From Azolla caroliniana (taxonomy: Eukaryota > Plantae > Polypodiophyta), in assembly GCA_043228905.1 (NCBI GenBank), contig JBHGNT010000011.1:9052001-9116000 (forward strand): a stretch of DNA of 64,000 bases, read 5' to 3'. The position numbers and the translations under genes are program-made. The notes below the pieces were generated by a model that saw only the letters and a list, made by a program, of their open reading frames with translations, was not told where the DNA came from and ran no database searches. Each line of letters starts with the position of its first letter. Position 1 is the first letter of the stretch. Shown here in pieces: positions 39,661 to 49,700 of the stretch.

Positions 39661-42600
39661 CCCATTTTGTCTTCTAGGGGTGTACCACTAGGGTTTCATC
39701 TTCTTCTCTTATTCTTCTAGGGTCAAGGTTTGGTAGCCTCCCTTTCTCTTTTATCTTTTCCTTCTAGGGTTAGGGTTTGCGAGCTTCTTCTTTCTCCTCT
39801 TATTCTAGGGTTTCATCTTCTTCTCCTCTTCTTCTAGGGTTAGGGTTTGGTAGCCTCCCTTTCTCTTTCATCTTTTCCTTTTAGGGTTAGGGTTTGAGGG
39901 CTTCTTCTTTTCTCCTCAACATACTAGAGGACTTAGGTTTTTAGGGTTTATGAGTTTAGATTCTATTCTACTTCTTACTCAAGAGAGTTTAGGGCTTGGA
40001 TTCCTACCACAATGGCTTCTTTGGCATCTTGGTGGCTGGTTGCGGAAGGGAGGTTGTAGTGGCACAAGGGCTACTCCGAATCGAGGCAACATAGCCATCA
40101 AAAGTAGTCGAGCTCCGAGCCCATTAGACTCGCCTTCGCTAGATTATTTTAGCCTTTGGTTGACTTATAACTGATTATTGTAATAACCACTGAAATTCTG
40201 GTGTCAAGCCTAACAATTGTAAAAAAATTAAAAACAAAAACCCTAACCTATATAAACAATTATGTATATTTCTCCATGTCTTTGTCTTAATCTCCCACTT
40301 CCTCAATACTTTTGTCGCCCCGGTCCAAGGCCCCGACGATCCCGTTCAAGTGACACACGCACGCGAAACTTTGCGACATTGGCGAACCCAACGTGAAAGA
40401 CCGGTAGGGGAGGACAAAGACGGATGGCGAAGAGATTATGTTGAAGTTGATGGTTGATTTTGTGTGGGCAAGGCGCAATGAAGGAAAGAAAACAAAGGTT
40501 GACAACCTTTGGTCTCACCACATCACTTTTCTCTGGCACATGCTACAGGATGTGCGGTTTTGTGGGGGTGGATGTCGTGGTGTGGTGTGTGCAATGTGAG
40601 AAAAATCGAGATTCCATGCACATCTCATGAATTAATGTATAAATAATAATAATAATAATAATAAGTAACTTGTAGTAGTGTAGTGGTTAAGACTTGTAAG
40701 TATATGTAGAGAGGTGTAGAGTTTGAATCTCTCTTCTTACATTCCATTTTTGCGATAAAGGAAATAAATAAATAAAGCATATAATGTTAAAATAAGCTCC
40801 TCTTTCCTCTATAAGAGAGGAGGGATAGGGCTTATTGGGGGTCAATTTGGAGATCATAATCATCATCATCAATAATAAGAATATAATACTCTTCTTATTC
40901 TTCTTCTTGACATCTATCTTCTTCTCAAGTGTGACATTAGTTTCCTCGACTCCTACATACACATCGTCCTCTTTTCGACAATTTCGCGAACGTCCTCCTC
41001 GGTGGTCCTGCTCAAGCGAAGCACGCACGCACGCGCATCTTCGCGACAACGCGATGCTCAGCACTGTTCGGATTGACGTCATCTTTACGACCAAGGCAAA
41101 TATTTCGTTGAAATTGACACCCTTCTTTTGTTGGAAACCTTTCACGACAATTCGTGCTTTGTATTTGGGTGGATTTCCGCCATCTCCCTGCTTTAGTTTG
41201 TATACCTACTTATTCTGTAGTGCCTTCTTCCCTTTCAACAACTTGGTCAATTCGTATGTGTGGTTCTCATGCAATGAATCCATCTCCTCGTGCATGACAC
41301 TTACCCACTTTCGGTTGTGGGTATCATGTTTAGCTTCTTCAAAGCTTTTTGGCTCCCCCTCATCAGTTAGCAGTACACGCTCTTCATTCGGAAATCTTCA
41401 GGGAGGCCTTCCCTCTCGCAGGGGATATCTTCGGCCTCCATTCGGCACGCCCAGTTCTTCTTCAACTTCTTCGACTTCTTCGTCCAAGTCGAATTCGGTT
41501 CCTTGTTTGGCCGGTTCCCCTAGTTCTTCAGTCAGTTCTTGATTTTGCCGAGTATTAAATCGGCCAAGTGGCTCGGATTCGATTTCGATCGAATCGACTT
41601 CTACTCGATTCGGTAGTTGGAGACTTGTTCTCAATCTCCCAATCGACAATAGTCTTCTCTTCCACGAAGACGATGTCTTGGCTCCTAATCACCTTCTTCT
41701 CGGTTAAGTCTCATAGCCTATAGCCAAATTCATCATTGTCGTAGTTGAGAAATATGCATGGCCGAGATTTCGGATCCAACTTCCCCCTCTAATCCTTTGC
41801 AACGTGTACATAGGCAAGACAACCAAACACCCTTAAATATCGATATGAGATGTCTTTACCGCTCCACACCCTTTGTGGAATATCACTGTCCAATGGTATT
41901 GAGGGTGATCGATTGATCACATACGGTGTCATCATTAGTGCCTAAGCCTATAACGTCTTCGATAACTTTGCATGTGCAAGCATACTTTGAACCCTCACCA
42001 TTATGGTCCAGTTCATTCTCTCGGTCAACCCGTTAAGTTCTTTTGTCTTCGACGCAATATACTAGAGCCGGATTCCCTGTGCTCAGCAATATTCTTCAAA
42101 TGGTCCACGGTATTCTCCGCCATTGTCCGCTCAGACTACCTTCAATTTTTGGTTGGTTTCCCTCTCGGCCCTCGATTGGAACTCTTTGAAGACAGATAAT
42201 ACTTGATCCTTCGTCTTCAACACGGAATCCCACAACTTTCGGCTATAGTCGTCTATGAAGGTCACGAAATATTGTGATCCAACATGAAACTTTGTGTCCA
42301 CGTAGCATACGTCTATATGCACGAGTTCCAACAACATTTTCTTCCTCATCGGGGGCCTCGATCGAAACGAGGTTCGGTTTTGTTTGCTGGCCAGGCAATC
42401 GGCACACTTATCCAAATGCACTTTCTTCATCTCCGACATGAGGTCTTTCCTAGCTAGCATCCTGCATTCCCTTTTGGCTCATGTGGCATAGCCTCTTATT
42501 ATCATGGACACACTAAGCGCAGACTAAGACGGAGCACGGATGATGAGGCTATGATGGAGCGATGACGCGAGGAACAAGCATAAAGATAGAGATGAAGATC

Positions 42601-43057
42601 AAGGAGAGAGGATGGGCGAAATGGGAATACTAGATTGATATGTCCATGACTGGTGTTGTTCACCTTGAATTCCTTCAAGGTGAACTCAACTATTTATATT
42701 AAGTGGCATGCATACCTGTTGCACGCATGTGATACAATAGAGCATGTAGGCAGTAGGTACGCATGCATGTGCCAAGTGTTAATAATACAAGGGAGAAATT
42801 ATGCACATGATGCTAGCTAAAACCTACAATGAGGAAGTATATACATGATTATATGCTAGATGTGTGGTTAACACGTAACACTCGATTACAACATGGTTAT
42901 GTCAAGAGTTCGAATCTTGACATTATCCCCCCTCCAACGATGCCTTCCCAAATCGTTTGTTGACTTTAGGGGATATTGTTGATGAAAATCTTAGATCACC
43001 TCAAAAGTATTTTGTAAATCCTAGACAAGAGTAACCCTTCCACTAGACGAGGTATTT

Positions 43058-43970
43058 AACACCAACGGGCATGAGCGACCATGTGTGGTCCTCGCCTAGA
43101 ACAGGAACACAAATATCAACGGGTGTGAGCGACCATGTGCAGTCCTCACGGGGAGCATGAACACCAAGGGTCACGAGTAACCATGTAGGGTCCTTGTCGG
43201 GAACTAGAACGGTCCTCGCTGAGAGTTGGAACACGAACACCAACAGGCGTGAGCAACCATGTTGTCCTCACCGAGAAATGGAACATGAACGAGTGAGCAA
43301 CCATGTGGCCCTCACCGGGAACAGGAACACGAACGGGAGTAATCGACCATGTGTGGTCCTCACCGGGAACTAGAACATGAAGAACAACGGGCATGAGGAA
43401 CCATGTCGGTCCTCACCGGGATCCGGAACACAAACAATAGTTGAAGTGAGTGACCATGTGTGGTTCTCACCGGAGACTGGAACATGAACACCAACGAGCA
43501 TGAGAGACCATGTTGGCCCTCGCCGAGAGTTGGAACACGAACACCAACGGGCATGAACGACCATGTGTGGTCCTCACCGAGAACTGGAAAATGAGCCACA
43601 ATGGGCATGAGAGACCATGTCGGTCCTCGCTGGGATGTGGAACATGAAAAATAACTAGAGTGAGTGACCATGTGTGGTCCTCACCGTGTTATACAGCTCG
43701 TACGGGGTAACACACCGAAGACTGGAACACGAACGGGAGTGAGCGACCATGCGGCCCTCACCGGGCACTAGAACACGAACGTGCATGATCGACCATGCGG
43801 CCCTCACCGGGAACTGGAACACGAACGTGCGTGAGCGACCATGCGGTCCTCACCGGGAACTGGAACACGAACGTGCGTGAGCGACCATGTGGCCCTCACC
43901 GGGAACTGGAACACGAACACCAACGGGAGTGAGCGGCGTTGTGCGGCCCTCACTGGGAACACGAACACAA
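43058..43970. repeat. Array of about 17-18 units of 46-54 bp with a stem-loop core
   Basis: Consensus GTGAGCGACCATGTGTGGTCCTCACCGGGAACTGGAACACGAAC(ACCAAC)GGGC. Confidence 0.92.
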
Positions 43971-44164
43971 ACACAAATGGGAAAGAAACTAAAAAATAGA
44001 GACAATGATGAGGAGAACTAAAAGCCAATGAAAATTATGAGAAGAAACTAGGAGATAGAAACGACGAGGAAGATAGGAAATGAAGCGATGTTGATGATGC
44101 TACGGTGACGATGGTAACTCTAGAAGCAAGGGCGATGACGGAGACGAGTGATGCTTCTAGTTGG

Positions 44165-44175
44165 AAGGTGAACAA
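44165..44175 (-). promoter_or_regulatory. Putative self-priming primer-binding site TTGTTCACCTT
   Basis: It lies 2 nt inside the 5' LTR boundary, is not TGG-type, and is exactly complementary to AAGGTGAACAA, which starts 32 nt downstream of the LTR TATAAATA. Confidence 0.7.
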
Positions 44176-45689
44176 ACTATCATGGACACACTAAGCGCAG
44201 ACTAAGACGGAGCACGGATGATGAGGCTATGATGGAGCGATAACGCGAGGAACAAGCATAAAGATAGAGATGAAGATCAAGGAGAGAGGATGGGCGAAAT
44301 GGGAATACTAGATTGATATGTCCATGACTGGCGTTGTTCACCTTGAATTCCTTCAAGGTGAACTCAACTATTTATATTAAGTGGCATGCATATTGACACA
44401 CCAAGCGCGAACTAAGACGGAGCGCGGATGATGAGGCTATGACGGAGCGATGACGCGAGGAACAAGAGCATAAAGATAGAGATGAAGATCAAGGAGAGAG
44501 GATGGGCGAAATGGGAATACTAGATTGATATGTCCATGACTGGCGTTGTTCACCTTGAATTCCTTCAAGGTGAACTCAACTATTTATATTAAGTGGCATG
44601 CATACCTGTTGCACGCATGTGATACAATAGAGCATGTAGGCAGTAGGTACGCATGCATGTGCCAAGTGTTAATAATACAAGGGAGAAATTATGCACATGA
44701 TGCTAGCTAAAACCTACAATGAGGAAGTATATACATGATTATATGCTAGATGTGTGGTTAACACGTAACACTCGATTACAACATGGTTATGTCAAGAGTT
44801 CGAATCTTGACACTTATGCCACAACTCACCGGCTATGGCGGCTGCCACGTTTACCTCGTTTCGGCATAAACGAGCATTCATTATATACAATGTGTTGGTT
44901 TTTCGGGCCCGAGTCACGATCATGCTCCCTTTGCAGAACTTCATGACGCCATTCCGGATGCTACCCATGCAGCCTTCATCATCCAACCGACCAATTGATA
45001 TCAAGTTCAGTTGAACTTCCAGAACGTGTCGAACATCTCTCAACACTAGTTTGCATCCGGTCTATGTCATCAGACAAACATCTCCAATGCCGACGATTCA
45101 ACATGCACCTTCATTCCCCATTTTTACAAGACCGTGGTCTCCAGCCTTGTATGATGAGAAGCACTTTCGGTCGGGGGTTAGATGAAACGATGCACGCGAA
45201 TCGACCACCCACGTCGATTCTTCGTCAACAAGATTGACCTCATTTTGATCACTAATGAACAACAACTCCTCTTCAGTCGCGACGATTGATGAGGTGTTCT
45301 TTCTGTATGGTATTTTCTTTAGCTCCACCATCAGCTCCCCCTTTCTCCTTTCGAAAGTGTCGGCAATTCTTTTGGAAGTGCCCCGACTTCCCACAATAGA
45401 AGCACATGGGCCTTCCCCTCAACTTCGACCTTGTCCCCGACTTATCTTGATTATGGGGACTTCAATTTCAGCCTCTTCCTTGATTCGTGTCACTTTTTGT
45501 GACGAGGGCCTTCAGGTTGGCAGTGGACTCTCGGTCCTTTCAATAAGCTTCGTCAATAGTTGGTTTGAGTCGGGTTATTGCCCTTAGTTGGTCGGGGTAT
45601 TGCCCCAAGTCAGTTGGGCTACTACCTTTAGTTGGTTGGGCTATTGTAGTGAGAGACTCAATAAGGTTACGGAAATAAGTCGGGCTACC

Positions 45690-46274
45690 TGTTGGGTTGG
45701 GGATCGTCTTTTAGTGAGAAAGATATGCAAAAATGCACATCTCGGAATAGAAAACAACAGCTAGACAAAATATGCACAACACACTGGTTTTATGTGGGAA
45801 CCCTAAACAGGAAAACCACGGGAACAGAGATCCACTATACAACAGAGAATACAAGAAAACAATTACAACTCTCTCTGAAACTTAGAGGATAACCATAAAG
45901 GGTTCTTGGCGAGTTCACCGAACTCTGCCGCCGCTCTCACTCTCACTCTAAGACTCTCTACGAAGCACTTCGTTGTGTTCTACACTTTCTATTCTACACA
46001 TCATAATGTTTGCCCTAGGTGTATTTATTCTCATACACAGTATGGGCTATTTACAAATATGACAGTTATTATTATTATTATCTAAGAATAATAATCGTTA
46101 ATTTGTCGATTGATTGACTAGTCGATTTGACTAGCCGACTTCCAGTCAGCCTTGTCGTCGACCATCCGGTAGGCCTGACTAGTCGGTCTTGTCCTCGACC
46201 CGGATCATCTACTGTCGACTCTTTCATGTCTTCGACTTGTCAGCTCCTCCCACAGGAGGGACATATTCCTAACA
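45690..46274. mobile_element. Solo LTR (copia-type)
   Basis: TGTTGGG...CCTAACA termini, flanks CTACC/CTATC (a TSD with one mismatch), and a GTGGGAACCC..GGAAAACCACGG motif shared with the LTR fragment at about 63745. Confidence 0.75.
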
Positions 46275-46778
46275 CTATCGGAGGTGTATTTTATAATGAT
46301 GCACTTTTTTAGATAAAGATATGGCAGTGCAAATCCCTCAGAAACGTACACTTCACCGTCCATGGCCGTGATTCCATCGCTAAGCCTCTTTATGACTTTG
46401 ATGATAGATAGCAAATAGACACGAGGCATGCATTTACATACATACTATGCATAAATATTTACATATTTACATATATGTACAATACATATACGATATAGGT
46501 ACTGGTAGGTAGGTCATACACATTATTATTATCCCCGAGAGGGAGGAGGAAGCAGGAAGGAGAGAGGAGCGAACATACTACATACATAGTACATACTACT
46601 GTATCACTATGTATACATAACAAATGTATTGTACACATTGACATACATACATACATACATACATCATCAGGCTCAGGCTCAGGCTCAGGCTTAGGGTTTT
46701 AGACAGACAGACAGACAGACACGTTAGAAAGCAGTGAGGCAGAGCGAGAGAGCGAGAGAAAGAGAGAGAGGGAGCAGG

Positions 46779-49700
46779 ATGGGGAAGAGCAAGACCACAG
46801 GGAAGCACAGGTTGGATCGGTTCTACCATCTCGCCAAAGAGCAGGGGTATCGTTCTCGAGCCGCCTTCAAGCTTGTGCAGCTGGACTCCAAGTTCCGTGT
46901 GCTGGCGTCTGCTCGCTCCGTGCTTGACCTTTGCGCCGCCCCAGGTGGATGGATGCAGGTAGCCTACAAACACATGCCCGTCGGCAGCCTCATTGTCGGC
47001 ATCGACCTCGTGCCCATCCGCCCCATTCGCGGTGCCCTATCCTTACAGGAGGACATCACAACCCCTAAGTGTAAGTCATCCATTCGTAAACTTCTCAAGG
47101 AACGCGGCCACACGATGTTCGATGTTGTTCTCCATGATGGTTCTCCCAATGTTGGTGGTGCTTGGTCTAAGGAAGCCACCTCTCAGGCCTCCCTTGTGCT
47201 TGATTCCCTGCGCCTTGCTACTGAGTTCTTGGCCCCAAAAGGCACTTTTATTACCAAGGTTAGTGACTTCATTTGCTCCTCGTTTTGCTCTTTCTCGCCT
47301 TTTTTCTCTGGTGGTCAAATCAATGAATATGCTTATATCAAATGTTGTGAAATTGGATGAATCGATAAATTTAATGAAGATTCCACTTTTTTTTTCACCA
47401 AGCTTAGAGCTTTGTTTATTTCCTCCTAAAATTCATCCTTTTTTTTGTGGTAAAGTCAATGAATATGCTTATATCAAATGTTGTGAAATTGGATGAATCG
47501 ATAAATTTAATGAAGATTCCACTTTTTTTGTACCAAGCGTAGATCTTTGTTTATTTGCTCTTAAAATTCATCCTTCTTTTTGTGGTAAAGTCAACCGCCA
47601 TATGAACAAGGCTTTGAAATCGGATCCACTTGAGATGTTGGTGAGGTTGATGGGTGCCATATCAATGAAGATGAACGTTTTCTAATTAATAAGTATGTAA
47701 CACTTGGATGAATGGCATATGAGTGAGTATCAATGTGATGATTGGAGGAATTAAACATTGATGTTAAAGTCCTGTAGAGGCAAGGTTCTATAAGCTCAAG
47801 GTGCATACAATTTACACATATCTATTATGATAACGTCTTGTGCTCTATCTTTGTATAAATCTCTTTGCGGAATAGAAATGATTTTTTGCAACCCTTGATT
47901 TTATCTTGACATTTTCGTTTTCATTTTAAAGACATAACCATCACCTTTTATTGGGAAAAGTTGGAACTAGCAAGCTTTGAATGTGTAAATTAATGGAGCT
48001 GTTGGGCAGAGTTGTCTGGAACAAACAAACCTTGGTTGCGAATTCTCAAGAAAATAAATATTGTTTTCCTTGTGACAATTTTAGGTGTTTCGGTCTCAAG
48101 ATTATAATTCCTTGCTGTATGCTTTCAAGCAGGTTAGTGAATATTTCTGTCTTTCGTTAAAAATAGACACTATGTGAAAGACATTGTTAGAATTAATAAT
48201 GCATGCTTTAAATGTCAGCTCTTTGAGAAAGTAGAGGTGACAAAACCTGTAGCCAGTCGATCCACATCAGCTGAAATCTATGTGGTCTGTTTGCGGTATC
48301 GTGCTCCTGCCAAAATTGATCCTCGTCTCTTGGATGTTAAACATCTCTTTCAAGAAATTGTAGAGCCTCCGAAGGTAAGTTTGTAACATTTCATTAAATA
48401 TGCTAGATTGCATGTGAGGCTTAGGGGATTGTATTAATATTCTTTTGTAGGTGGTTGATGTATTGAGAGGCACCAAGCAGAAGCGTCATCGTGAAGGGTT
48501 AGTATTTCTTTTCTAATTCTGGGGTATTCCAAAAACTTTAATCCATGGATGACTGTTGTCTATAAATTTTGTTCTTTCAAAAATATCAATCCATGGAAAA
48601 AATGCAGCTATGAAGAAGGGAATACGACACTCCGAAAAGAAGCTCTAGCCTCAGATTTTATATGGACTGAGAAGCCTTTGGAATTATTGGGAACAATTAC
48701 TTCAATAGGATTCAATAATCCTGGTTGTGCCACCATAAAAGATCATGAGCTTACAACAGATGAAGTATGCCCATTGTTCAGACTTTTACTTTCTGGTTTA
48801 CCATATACAATCCTCTGTATTTTGGTTTTGAATTCTTATGTTCATATTCCAGGTAAAATTGCTATGCGAAGATCTTCGGGTTTTGGGAAAACAGGACTTC
48901 AAGCATCTCCTCAAGTAGGTCTTTTTACTCTCTATAGAAATGCCTATTTGTTCAGGATTTCTCATACTTGCATGTGATGGCTATATACTATTTCTTGTTT
49001 CAGGTGGAGGTTAGCTATCCGGAAAGACCTCTCTGAGAAGCGAAGTGCAGCATCTCAGAAAGAAGAGTCAGGGGAGGATTTACCAGCTAAAGATGAAGAT
49101 GAGGATATTTTAAATGAAATGTCTGAGCTTAAAGACATTATGGATGCAAAGAAAAAGAGAGAGAAGAAAGCAACTGCAAAGCGAAAAGCAAAGGTTTGTA
49201 TGCTTGTTTGTTTTACATATTGCATATCTTTCTCTATTTGACTCTTCGTCTCCTCTCTCTCACACACAGACTGAGCATGTATTCCATTTGCTTTTTTACC
49301 ATTTTATTTGACCTGCCATGGCCACCCATGCGAAAGTTGATAATTCTGTATTTGTTGAACAGGCCATCTAAATGTATTTGAATTATGGATTTTATTTCGA
49401 TTGATCTCCTTGATTTGCTCATTGCCTCATTTTAATTAATTATCCTTATCTTCTTTTTTGGCTTGTTTTTCTCTATTTCTACCAAAGCTTCTTCTGATTT
49501 TCATCATTCATTTCTCCTATTTCTCATTAATGGATAGAATTTCATAATTTCTTTTTATTTTTATTTTCAAGGTTCTTTTACCATTTCTTTACCCATTTGT
49601 GTTTATATTAATGCTTTTATATTTTGATTTGTTCGTAAATTATGGCCAAGTACATACAAGGTTACACATGATTGTAGTTTCTTCCATTTTACAAATTCAT

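Larger units (their letters stand above)
42500..44812 (-). mobile_element. Young non-autonomous LTR element (TRIM/LARD-like), apparently self-priming, inserted in copia pol
   Basis: Near-identical LTRs at 42500-42922 (3') and 44178-44812 (5', with an internal duplication of about 212 bp). 5-bp TSD CTTAT (42495-42499, 44813-44817). PPT GGAGGGGGATAA next to the 3' LTR. The 1255-bp interior is non-coding. Confidence 0.93.
37455..45400 (-). mobile_element. Degenerate Ty1/copia (Tork/Tnt1-like) element interrupted by nested insertions at about 38420-41045 and 42500-44812
   Basis: Protease WVVDSRASFH, GAG-pre-integrase LWHK|RLCHMS split by an insertion, integrase LELVHIDV and YFVTFIDDYSR, RT YVDDMLIV, RNase H, and PPT GAAGGGGGAG followed by a TG LTR stub near 37470. 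Confidence 0.88.

Noticed and set aside
39197-39691. Repeat-protein ORFs 39212-39691 and 39226-39567, or hammerhead ribozymes in the 111-bp units
   Set aside because: The ORFs follow from a unit length divisible by 3. No CUGAUGA core accompanies the GAAAC on either strand.
39685-39950. TAGGGTT telomere-like repeats
   Set aside because: They are scattered telo-box motifs in a duplicated retroelement UTR-like region, not a tandem telomeric array.
40835-41542. 235-aa plus-strand ORF
   Set aside because: It is an antisense shadow of copia RT and the adjacent insertion.
43058-43970. CRISPR-like array or a repetitive protein (VRVPVPGEDHTWSLTP)
   Set aside because: Linkers are homologous rather than unique spacers, there are no cas genes, the context is eukaryotic, and the 46- and 53-bp units break any reading frame.
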